This document shows, piece by piece, positions 45,828-54,290 of a DNA stretch of 54,345 bases. The stretch is from positions 1 to 54,345 of the forward strand of contig JBJFCL010000023.1 in the NCBI GenBank assembly GCA_051888935.1. Reading direction: 5' to 3'. The position numbers were made by a program, and so were the translations under genes. This DNA comes from Candidatus Caccovivens sp. GTDB taxonomy: Bacteria; Bacillota; Clostridia; Christensenellales; UBA1242. Positions within the stretch are counted from its first letter, which is position 1, and the number at the start of each line of letters is the position of its first letter. Below the pieces are notes generated by a model that worked only from the letters and a program-made list of their open reading frames with translations, did not search any database and was not told the DNA's origin.

Positions 45828-48290
45828 ATGCAAACTTCAATGTTATTAGGAATGTTTGATTGGGTTGCCGATTTCTTTAAGGCACTCTTTGACTTGATTC
45901 CAAAAATTATGTATCTTTTGTATGCGTCTGTGGCATGTGTGCTTGATGTTTTGCAATTGTTTTTCAGAAAACTTGCTGGCCTTGATGTTTATTATGTTGA
46001 CGGCAAACCTGTCACTGGCGATTTGGTAACGAATTTTATTACAGGAATTTTAGGGATAAATTCAGATGGTTTCACTTATTCCGCTCTTTCCACTGTTTTT
46101 TGGTCAATGGTAATTTTTGGTGTGATTATGTGTTTTGCTTGCACCATCGTTGCAATCATCAAAAGTCATTATTCCTATGACGAGAAATCGGCGAAAGGTC
46201 CAATGCAATATGTTTACGCCGCAGGCAAAGCAATCATCAACATGGTTGCAGTGCCAATCATTGTTGTGCTTGGACTTTATGTTTCCGAGGCAATTTTGAC
46301 CGCACTTGACACCATTACTTCCGTTTCAAGTTCATCAGTTGTGGAAATATATGGAGATAAAGTTAGTTTATTGGAATCAGTCGCGACTGCAAAAGATATA
46401 AAAACGGACGAAGACGGGAATTTAATTACTGTTAATGAAAAACAAAAAACCTATGTTTATTACGATATTTTTGGCTTTGCTGGTGGGGTTCAATATGGAA
46501 AGGTAAAAGAAGATCTATTTATTGACCATAAAGATAGTGCCCTTGTTGGTGCAAAAAATCAAACTTTCTCTGGTTCTTTGTTCAAAGTTGCTGCTTACAA
46601 CGCCAATCGTGCGAGAATTGGAGACTGGTATCATAGTGACATAATGTACACAGGTAAGGCTGGAAGTAAATTGGAATTGTTTGCAAATGCCAAGAGTAAT
46701 GAACAATTGGCAGACATGATTGACACTGCATTCGCTTGCAATTTACACTTAAAGGGCGGGAACAGCGTAGATTTTGATTATAGCGATTTGGATATATTAT
46801 CGTTTACATATTTTACAAATTTTTTAAGTACCAAAATGGCTGCATTTTCAAAATTTAATGTCGGTGCTGTCTGGTATTATTATGATTTGTGGCAGTTTAA
46901 CTTTATAGTTGGATTTGCAGGCATAATTGTTTGTGTTTCAATTTTTATAAATATCATTCTTGGATTGATTACTCGTTTGTTCATGTGCATTGGATTGTTT
47001 TTGGTTTCTCCTCCACTTTGGGGTATTGCTCCACTTGATGGAGGGAAAGCTGGAAAGAGTTGGAGAGAAAACTTCATGAAACAAGTCCTCATGGCATATG
47101 GTGCAGTGCTAGGCATGAACATAATGTTTTTGATATTGCCATATATGAATGAGATTGCGTTCTTTAATATTGCCATAGCAGACTATTTGGCTCAAACTCT
47201 AATTATAATTGTTGGGCTTATCACAATCAAGGCATTTATTTCCACATTCTCAGGACTCATTGGTGGTGCAGATGCAAACGACACTGGCGGGAAAATATCC
47301 GAAGAAGTCGGCTCAGTTGTCGGAAAAGCAACTTTGGCAACGGTTGGTGCTGCAAAGATGGGCAAAGCAGTGTTTGACAGAACTCCTATTGGAGCAGCAA
47401 CAAATGCGGCTGGCATGGCTATTGGACATGGAGCAAAACAACTTGCATCAAAGATGAGCTCAAATAAAGTTGGAAAGGCATTAGGCACGGCTGGAAAGGC
47501 TGTTGGCAATTGGTTTAAAGACCCGAAATCTGTTATGGGGGCAGCAGGGAATGCAATTCTTAAAGCAGATAGCAAACATACTTCAAATAAATATGAACAT
47601 AAATCAGAAGAAGAAACGAATAAAGCACTTGACGCACAAAATAAATTGGATAACTTTGATGGCTATTTATATGAACAGGCTCGGTCTAAAGCATTAGATC
47701 AAGTTTATGCTACTGCATCATGGACAGGCTCCACGAAAAGTTCTCGAAGAAATGCAGCAATTAAGACGTTGACTGATGTTGGATATAGTAAAGAACAGGC
47801 AAAGCAGATGGTTAAAGAAATGCAACGAATGCAAGAATGGAAAGTGCCAGGGGTTAGGTCAATACATGATGCTACTGATGCTCTTGATAATAGCATGCGT
47901 AATATACTAAGTAATAACATTGACGAGCATCGCAAAAAGGCTCAAGAACATAAAGATGTTGCCGACCGTTATAGTTTGGCATCTATACAACATGGACAAG
48001 ACAGAGACGCTGCTTGGAAAAAGGCGAGCGATGCTTCTCTAAATCTTGGTGCACCACTTTCATTCGCATATGACCAAGTCAAAGGAGATAAGTTCATTGG
48101 TTCGTTTATGGATAAATCCAAGATTAAAGAAAAACCTGACTTTGAAAAAGAGACATCAAAGAATACAGCAGCAACCAGCAAACAACAAAAGATTGCCACA
48201 GATATTCAAACTTGGCAAGCAATGCATCCAGGAGAAACAATGTCATCAGATGTTTTGGAACAAATCAAAGAGGGGAAATGGAAACCTTAG
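45828..48290 (+). CDS. Polytopic membrane protein, VirB6/TrbL-like (resembles Mbov_0396-family ICE proteins)
   Basis: GAGGAGG RBS; N-terminal LDVLQLFFRKLAGL; TM cluster ending RLF...LFLVSPP...PLDGGK...W...F.KQVLMAYG; Gly/Ala-rich then coiled C-terminal tail. Family assigned from remembered motifs, not a search. Confidence 0.55.
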   Translation: MQTSMLLGMFDWVADFFKALFDLIPKIMYLLYASVACVLDVLQLFFRKLAGLDVYYVDGKPVTGDLVTNFITGILGINSDGFTYSALSTVFWSMVIFGVIMCFACTIVAIIKSHYSYDEKSAKGPMQYVYAAGKAIINMVAVPIIVVLGLYVSEAILTALDTITSVSSSSVVEIYGDKVSLLESVATAKDIKTDEDGNLITVNEKQKTYVYYDIFGFAGGVQYGKVKEDLFIDHKDSALVGAKNQTFSGSLFKVAAYNANRARIGDWYHSDIMYTGKAGSKLELFANAKSNEQLADMIDTAFACNLHLKGGNSVDFDYSDLDILSFTYFTNFLSTKMAAFSKFNVGAVWYYYDLWQFNFIVGFAGIIVCVSIFINIILGLITRLFMCIGLFLVSPPLWGIAPLDGGKAGKSWRENFMKQVLMAYGAVLGMNIMFLILPYMNEIAFFNIAIADYLAQTLIIIVGLITIKAFISTFSGLIGGADANDTGGKISEEVGSVVGKATLATVGAAKMGKAVFDRTPIGAATNAAGMAIGHGAKQLASKMSSNKVGKALGTAGKAVGNWFKDPKSVMGAAGNAILKADSKHTSNKYEHKSEEETNKALDAQNKLDNFDGYLYEQARSKALDQVYATASWTGSTKSSRRNAAIKTLTDVGYSKEQAKQMVKEMQRMQEWKVPGVRSIHDATDALDNSMRNILSNNIDEHRKKAQEHKDVADRYSLASIQHGQDRDAAWKKASDASLNLGAPLSFAYDQVKGDKFIGSFMDKSKIKEKPDFEKETSKNTAATSKQQKIATDIQTWQAMHPGETMSSDVLEQIKEGKWKP

Positions 48291-48298
48291 GAGGTCAT

Positions 48299-48460
48299 AT
48301 GCTTAAAGAAGTTAATGATGTTTACAAACTTGTGTTTATGAGTGACAAGTGCCTCAAATCTTTTATGGATATCTTATTTCCAAAAAATTATCAAAAAGAA
48401 ATTGCGGAAAACACCGCAAAAATGACAAAACTTTTGGAAGAGAAAAATCAAAGTTTATAA
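48299..48460 (+). CDS. 53-aa protein resembling the C-terminal tip of the upstream VirB6-like protein
   Basis: AGGAGG RBS overlapping the upstream stop; DKCLKSFMD...PKNYQKEIAENTAKMTK vs DKFIGSFMD...PDFEKETSKNTAATSK. Confidence 0.6.
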   Translation: MLKEVNDVYKLVFMSDKCLKSFMDILFPKNYQKEIAENTAKMTKLLEEKNQSL

Positions 48461-48464
48461 AAAT

Positions 48465-48492
48465 GGCTAGGAAATTTTCCTAGTCTTTTTTT
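48465..48492 (+). terminator. Rho-independent terminator
   Basis: ggctagga-aattt-tcctagtc followed by a T-run. Confidence 0.8.
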
Positions 48493-48508
48493 ATATTTTC
48501 ATTCATAT

Positions 48509-48655
48509 AAAACAAAAAAAACAGGAACTTTCGTTCTGTAATTTTTAATAATTATTGTAAGCATGGGTTCAAACTTTTAAAGACTTATATTTCGCATTCG
48601 CCTCCATATAAGGTCGGTAAAACAAAAAAAACAGAACTTTCGTTCTGTAATTTTT
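48509..48655. repeat. Direct repeat (~37 bp, 48509-48546 and 48619-48655) of the tRNA-Met terminator, with a degenerate tRNA 3' fragment between the copies
   Basis: aaaacaaaaaaaacag(g)aactttcgttctgtaattttt occurs twice, 110 bp apart. Confidence 0.8.
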
Positions 48656-48659
48656 CTTT

Positions 48660-48736
48660 TGGTGGTGATAGGTGGGCTCGAACCACCGACCTTATGGGTA
48701 TGAACCATACGCTCTAGCCAGCTGAGCTACATCACC
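48660..48736 (-). tRNA. tRNA-Met(CAT), elongator type
   Basis: GGTGATGTAGCTCAGCTGGCTAGAGCGTATGGTTCATACCCATAAGGTCGGTGGTTCGAGCCCACCTATCACCACCA; G1-C72 paired, no run of three G-C pairs in the anticodon stem. Confidence 0.93.
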
Positions 48737-48758
48737 ATATTGTCGTTAAAACACGATA

Positions 48759-48787
48759 ATTATACACAATGCGTTTTTATTTGTCAA
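48759..48787 (-). promoter_or_regulatory. Consensus SigA promoter of tRNA-Met
   Basis: Minus strand TTGACA-N17-TATAAT. Confidence 0.8.
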
Positions 48788-48884
48788 TTATTTTCACACA
48801 AAAAATTGCGACAAAGCAGAATTGCTTGATTTTTTTGCTTGTCTTGCGTTAAAATATTCTTATTGAAGAAAAAGGAGATTTTTT

Positions 48885-49310
48885 ATGATTGAAGAACAAA
48901 TAAAAAAAGCAAATATTGAAGCAATGAAAAACAAGGATACTGTTGCACGCTCATTTTATAGTGTGCTTTTAAATAAAATCTTGCTCGAAAAAATTGCAAA
49001 AGGGGACAGAAACAGCCCTCTTGATGATGCTAGTCTTTCAAATATAATTCAAAAAGTAATAAAAGAACTTAATGAAGAAAAAGAAAACTATGCAAAAGTT
49101 GGCAACGCAGAAGAAGTTGCAACTCTTGATAAACAAATTGAAATTGCCTCACAATATTTGCCAAAAATGTTGACTCGTGAGGAGATTAAAAACATCATTT
49201 TGTCACTTCCAGACAAGAGCGTGCCAGTTGTTATGAAACATTTTAAAGCAAACTTCAACGGTCAAGTGGATATGAGACTTGTTCAGGAAGTTTTAAAGGA
49301 ACTTGCATGA
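48885..49310 (+). CDS. GatB/YqeY domain protein
   Basis: EAMKNKD, E...Y.K.G, QYLPKMLTREEI, MKHFKANFNGQVDM. Confidence 0.9.
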   Translation: MIEEQIKKANIEAMKNKDTVARSFYSVLLNKILLEKIAKGDRNSPLDDASLSNIIQKVIKELNEEKENYAKVGNAEEVATLDKQIEIASQYLPKMLTREEIKNIILSLPDKSVPVVMKHFKANFNGQVDMRLVQEVLKELA

Positions 49311-50002
49311 GAATTTTTGCGATAAGCGATTTACACCTATCGGTCAACAATCCAAAACCGATGGATATTTTTGGCCCGACTTGGGAAGGCTATCTTGACA
49401 AAATTTTTGCCGACTGGAAAGAAAAAGTTGCAGACGAAGATGTTGTGCTTATGGCAGGAGACTTTTCTTGGGCAATGAAATTGGAAGAAACAGCACCAGA
49501 TTTTGCTCTTCTTGAAAATTTACCCGGCAAAAAAATCATAATCCGTGGAAATCATGACTATTGGTGGAAGAGTATCAGTGCGGTGCGAAATGTTTTGCCA
49601 CCAAATTTTTATGCCATTCAAAATGATGCTATGAAATTTGGAGAGTTTGTCATCTGTGGAACAAGACTTTGGAATTTGCCTGACAAAAACAAACCTCTTT
49701 CAGAAGATGACGAAAAGATATACAACCGTGAACTTATTCGTTTGGAACTGACTTTGCAAGAGGCAAAGAAATTGCAAACAAATGGTGAACAAATTGTTTG
49801 TATGCTTCACTATCCACCTTACACTTTCAAAGAAGAGGGCAATGAAGTTACAGCGCTTTTGGAAAAGTATGGCGTTTCCAAAGTTGTGTATGGGCATATT
49901 CACGCTTATTGTAAACAAAATCTAATCTTAAACAAGAATGGGATTGAATACTTTTTGACTTCTTGTGACATAGTCGGCAATCGCTTAATTCCGATTGCAT
50001 AA
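49307..50002 (+). CDS. Calcineurin-like metallophosphoesterase
   Basis: DLH, GDFSWA, GNHDYWW, HYPP, GHIH. Confidence 0.92.
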   Translation: MRIFAISDLHLSVNNPKPMDIFGPTWEGYLDKIFADWKEKVADEDVVLMAGDFSWAMKLEETAPDFALLENLPGKKIIIRGNHDYWWKSISAVRNVLPPNFYAIQNDAMKFGEFVICGTRLWNLPDKNKPLSEDDEKIYNRELIRLELTLQEAKKLQTNGEQIVCMLHYPPYTFKEEGNEVTALLEKYGVSKVVYGHIHAYCKQNLILNKNGIEYFLTSCDIVGNRLIPIA

Positions 50003-50067
50003 GGTTTTTGAAATTTTATTGACAATCATGGCAATAATATGATATATTTAAAGCACTTGGAGATTTT

Positions 50068-51504
50068 ATGAAAAAATTTGGAAAAATGCTTTGCGCAATT
50101 CTTTCAGTTGCCTTTTTGGTGACAGGTTGTGCAACAGTAGGCTCAATTAAAAATGATTATAGTGAAGTGATTTACAATGGAAATTCCGCTTGTTTGGTGT
50201 CTGACCACCTTTATTTTGGAAATTCTTTTGCTGATTACACCACTTTTGGCGATGATAATGGTTATAAATCAGCAACTTCTGTGTCATACCTATCTAGAAT
50301 AGACATAAACAACATCAATGCAAAGACAGAAGACTATTCACCAAAGACAGTGGAAAAAGTTACTGACGAAGTTGTGGCACAAGCAAAATCCTTTACTTTC
50401 GTTTTGGGCGACTATATTTACTACGCAACGCCAAACCGTCAAAAGTTTGCAGATAGCGATGGAAAATCAGATTTTTATTTCAATTATTCCACAATTTATA
50501 GAAGTAAACTCAATGGTGACAATAAAGAAAAATTGTACACTACCAATGGTGAAGTTACAAATATTGAAGTCTTAAAATTTGATGGGAAATATTATGTTGT
50601 TATGCTCGCTGGCGAAAATCTTGTAAAGATGGAAGTTGGCTCAAAAGTAAAAACAACAGTTGTTGCAAGCGGAGTTGCAAGTTTGGCAATACCAAAGACT
50701 TATCAAAAAGACAAAGTCGGCAGCACTCTTGATTGGAACGGACAAATCTATTACACCACTACAAAAAGTGATGAAAGCAATCCTGACCTTAAAGGTTCTT
50801 ATGTGAACAAAGTTTCTGTTTCGGGTGGAGATGTAAAATCTTACTTTGTTGGACAAAACAAAACATTGACTTTTATTGGACGCGAAAGAGATGTGATGTT
50901 CTATACACTTTCTGGGACTACAACCGAAGTTTTTAAGTTTGATTCCAACGCTGTGACAGGACAGCCAAGTTTTGGAAATGATGAAGATAGGTTTTATTCT
51001 GCTTCAACATTGTCAAACATCACTTTGATTACTGCGCCTGAGGGAACAGTTAGAGGTTATGCTTTCTTGAATTCTTCAAACACAATAGGTTATGTCACAA
51101 ATGCCGGCAAACAAGGAAGCATCACTCTTAAAAATGGAACAGAAACTCTTTCTTCTTACAAATTGCTTCTCATTTCTGGACAGACTGCAATTCTTTCCAC
51201 AACATCAGGAATTTATAAAGCAGACCTTTCAACTGCGTTCAACGGAAATGGTGGAGCAGTTGAAGTTGCTTGCATAGAAATTGTGACAATGACAGCGATC
51301 TATGACGGCACTCTTTATGCTTTTGACGGAACATATATCTATTATTATGCGAAACTTGAAACTGTTGACACTGATGAAGATGACGACACGACAGATGAAG
51401 ATTCTGATGACACTTATTATCTTTACAGAGCAAGAGTAGGAATTCCAAACGGCTATCAACTTTTGAGTTTGACGAAATACGATTCTAGACACACAAAAGG
51501 TTAA
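50068..51504 (+). CDS. Lipoprotein, probable beta-propeller (DUF5050-like), with an acidic C-terminal insert
   Basis: MKK...FLVTG-C lipobox; GDYIYY, IYRSKLNGDNKEKL repeats; DTDEDDDTTDEDSDD. Confidence 0.7.
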   Translation: MKKFGKMLCAILSVAFLVTGCATVGSIKNDYSEVIYNGNSACLVSDHLYFGNSFADYTTFGDDNGYKSATSVSYLSRIDINNINAKTEDYSPKTVEKVTDEVVAQAKSFTFVLGDYIYYATPNRQKFADSDGKSDFYFNYSTIYRSKLNGDNKEKLYTTNGEVTNIEVLKFDGKYYVVMLAGENLVKMEVGSKVKTTVVASGVASLAIPKTYQKDKVGSTLDWNGQIYYTTTKSDESNPDLKGSYVNKVSVSGGDVKSYFVGQNKTLTFIGRERDVMFYTLSGTTTEVFKFDSNAVTGQPSFGNDEDRFYSASTLSNITLITAPEGTVRGYAFLNSSNTIGYVTNAGKQGSITLKNGTETLSSYKLLLISGQTAILSTTSGIYKADLSTAFNGNGGAVEVACIEIVTMTAIYDGTLYAFDGTYIYYYAKLETVDTDEDDDTTDEDSDDTYYLYRARVGIPNGYQLLSLTKYDSRHTKG

Positions 51505-51701
51505 AAATTTTTTAACCTTTTTTTGTTACAGAATTCGTGAAGAAAATTCTTGTTTCTATAAAATTTTAAAACAATACAAAAAAATTTGAATTTCATACTT
51601 TTTCATTTTTTGATTGGATTTTTTTATTTTCTTTTCCAATTTCCTTTTTAAAGACAGCAATTTCTTGCAATTTCAAGCACAAATTTGGCGTTTTTGCAAC
51701 A

Positions 51702-51737
51702 TTCGACATCTTTTGATTTTAGGCGACAAAATCGTCA
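51702..51737. promoter_or_regulatory. Spo0A (0A) boxes upstream of spo0A
   Basis: TTCGACA (perfect, 51702-51708), GGCGACA (51722-51728) and ATCGTCA (51731-51737) near-matches to the reverse complement of TGNCGAA. Confidence 0.6.
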
Positions 51738-51823
51738 TTTTTTTTATTTTTCAAATTTGATTTATATATGTTATGGTTATTTTAGTTTGCTGATAGATGG
51801 CAAAAAATGAAAGGAGAAAAATT

Positions 51824-52570
51824 ATGGAAAACAAAGAAAAGAAAGTTCCAAAAATTTACTTTGCGGACATTACAAAGGATAATCCTGTTTATGATTATTT
51901 CAAAAATAGCGAAAATTTTGCACTTGTTGGAGCAAGCGCAGATGGTAGGCAAGTTGCAGAAGATGTATGCAATCTTATGCCAGATGTTTTGATTATGGAG
52001 GTGATGCTGTCAGGTCTTGACGGATTTGCCGTTCTTGACAAAATCAAAACTCTTAAAACAAATATGCCAAAAGTGTTTTTTGTTTCAAACCTCTCTCATA
52101 GTGGTTTCGTAACGAAAGCAATTCAGTCAGGGGCAAGTTACTTCATGGTTAAGCCAGTTTCACCAGAAAATTTAGAGAGCAGAATAAATGAGGTGTTGGA
52201 TAATGGCCGTAGCAAAGGCGAAAATAAACAGTTGGACGAAAAAATATCCAATATTTTTATCAGTATTGGCATTCCTGCACATATAAAAGGTTATCAATTC
52301 CTTCGTGAAGCAGTAAAACTTGCTGTTGAAGAACCTGAAATTATTGGTTCAATCACAAAAAAATTGTATCCAACTATTGCTGAACGCTTTGAAACAAGTT
52401 CAAGTAAAGTTGAAAGAGGTATGCGTCATGCAATTGAAGTTGCGTGGAATAGGGGAAAAATTGAAAATATTAACAATATTTTTGGATTAAAGATATATAA
52501 TAGAAATGAGAAACCGACCAATGGAGAACTCATTGCTCTTATCGCCGATAAAATGATTATGGATGGCTGA
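51824..52570 (+). CDS. spo0A: Sporulation master regulator Spo0A with an atypical receiver (Glu at the phospho-acceptor position)
   Basis: AAGGAG RBS; GIPAHIKGY.FLREA, ITKKLYP, VERGMRHAIEVAWNRG, KPTNGELIALIAD. Confidence 0.93.
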   Translation: MENKEKKVPKIYFADITKDNPVYDYFKNSENFALVGASADGRQVAEDVCNLMPDVLIMEVMLSGLDGFAVLDKIKTLKTNMPKVFFVSNLSHSGFVTKAIQSGASYFMVKPVSPENLESRINEVLDNGRSKGENKQLDEKISNIFISIGIPAHIKGYQFLREAVKLAVEEPEIIGSITKKLYPTIAERFETSSSKVERGMRHAIEVAWNRGKIENINNIFGLKIYNRNEKPTNGELIALIADKMIMDG

Positions 52571-52677
52571 AATTTTAATTTATTCCCATATTTATTAAAT
52601 TTATAAATTTTTTTTGCATTTGGTATTGAATTAAGATTTTTGATGTGTTATAATGTTGCCATCATAGGAGGTATTTT

Positions 52678-54219
52678 ATGTCTAAAACACTTTCAAAAAT
52701 CTTGGTTGTTTGTGCTATGATAGCGATTATTCCACTGATGATTGTTGGAACAGCTTTTGCTGCTTACTATTCTATTAGCGCACAAGTAAATGTTTATGTT
52801 TATGTAAATGGAGATTCAGTAGCAGAAGATGCTTTTGCTCAGGTGTCTTACAACGACAAAATTTACAATGCAAAAGAAAATTTTGAAATTCAAGAAGGAC
52901 ATTTGAACAAAGTTGAACTTACTGCCAACGCAAAAGGTTATGATTTCAAAGGTTGGTATGTTGGCAATTTGGAAAGTTATGCAAACGCTCTCAAAACTGA
53001 TGAAGTTAAATTTGATGCAGGAAGTGACAAGAAGATAAGTTTCAATATGACTGATTATCAAAATCTCGTAGCCGTTTTTGAGATTAGAACTATTGATGTA
53101 ACATGGAAATATGTTGCAAATCCAAACGATTTAAACACATTAACCTTGACATCCCCAGAAGGTTCAACATCTACTTTTGGTTATGGCGATGCATTGCCTA
53201 AACTTACTTATTCTGGTGATGAATGGACTTTCTTGGGTTGGAATGTAAACAATGGCGAAACAATTTACACATCTGCTAACGCTGAAATTTTTGAAAACGA
53301 AAGCGTGGAACTTTCTGCTGTATGGAAAGAAACTGAAAAAATTGATATCAAATATTATGATGGAAACACTGTTCTTAAAGAAGAAAAAGTTTACGAAAAT
53401 ACAGTTAATGTTTTGACAGATGCTCTTTCACTTGCTCCAACAATTGAAAATGGTTATAGATATTATTGGGCAGATGCACAAGGATTTGAAGTTTCTCAAA
53501 TCAATTCAAACAAATCGGTTGATGTATATCTTAAAAAAGAGCTTATAACATACACAGTATCTCTTTCAACGATAGACTCAGATGTAACATTTGTTTCGAC
53601 CGATACTTTGACATTTAATGTAAATGACAATGCTAAACTTGAAAACATCTTCAATGTAGATAACTATAAAGCAAAATACTCTTTCTGGGATGTTGAAGTT
53701 GCAATTAAGTATAATGATACAACTTATTCAAATATGGACGACCTTGCAGATGCAATTATTACAGTAAGTCCAAATGCTTATGTTCAAGCAAATATAGTCG
53801 CAGATACAACTGTATCAAAGAACTTTACAAATATTTCAGTGACAAACGGAATTACTTTTACAGCTGGTGAAGGAATTATATCAAACAAAGAAGTTTATGA
53901 TAGCACAACTGGAAACATTGCACATGAGATAACAATTATTGAAACACAAGACACAACATCGTCAGTTTACTCCTTGTTGGCAATGGAACAGGACGGACAA
54001 ATAATTCCTCTCTATTCTGATGTAAATGATGATGGAACAAGAGAAGAAGTTGTCTTAAAATATTTGACAGTAAAAATTGGAGCAAACGCATATACTGTTG
54101 AAGTTGATGGAGAACTTAGCATCAATGATATGATTGAAAGCTTAGTTAAAAAAGCAAGTTTGACAGAAACTGCGACTTTGACAATTGACTCTATAATTGC
54201 AAGATATGTTGTTGCTTAA
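52678..54219 (+). CDS. Secreted or membrane-tethered protein with InlB-B/Flg_new-like repeats
   Basis: TAGGAGG RBS; N-terminal hydrophobic signal ending GTAFA; KGYDFKGWY and TFLGW...LSAVW repeats. Confidence 0.7.
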   Translation: MSKTLSKILVVCAMIAIIPLMIVGTAFAAYYSISAQVNVYVYVNGDSVAEDAFAQVSYNDKIYNAKENFEIQEGHLNKVELTANAKGYDFKGWYVGNLESYANALKTDEVKFDAGSDKKISFNMTDYQNLVAVFEIRTIDVTWKYVANPNDLNTLTLTSPEGSTSTFGYGDALPKLTYSGDEWTFLGWNVNNGETIYTSANAEIFENESVELSAVWKETEKIDIKYYDGNTVLKEEKVYENTVNVLTDALSLAPTIENGYRYYWADAQGFEVSQINSNKSVDVYLKKELITYTVSLSTIDSDVTFVSTDTLTFNVNDNAKLENIFNVDNYKAKYSFWDVEVAIKYNDTTYSNMDDLADAIITVSPNAYVQANIVADTTVSKNFTNISVTNGITFTAGEGIISNKEVYDSTTGNIAHEITIIETQDTTSSVYSLLAMEQDGQIIPLYSDVNDDGTREEVVLKYLTVKIGANAYTVEVDGELSINDMIESLVKKASLTETATLTIDSIIARYVVA

Positions 54220-54247
54220 AATTTTCAAAAAAACTTTTGAAATTTTG

Positions 54248-54285
54248 TTGACATACGCTCTCTAATTGTGATAAACTTAGAGAGC
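54248..54285 (+). promoter_or_regulatory. tRNA-Val promoter with a 9-bp inverted repeat
   Basis: TTGACA (54248-54253), -10-like TAAACT; GCTCTCTAA-N11-TTAGAGAGC. Confidence 0.55.
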
Positions 54286-54290
54286 ATTGA

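Noticed and set aside
48524-48646. GAAC-TTTC-GTTC resembling a Firmicute LexA (Cheo) box, present twice
   Set aside because: It is the stem and GAAA tetraloop of the minus-strand tRNA-Met terminator, followed by a T-run.
51361-51412. GAT/GAC-rich low-complexity stretch
   Set aside because: It encodes an acidic linker in the lipoprotein and is not a perfect tandem repeat or phase-variable tract.
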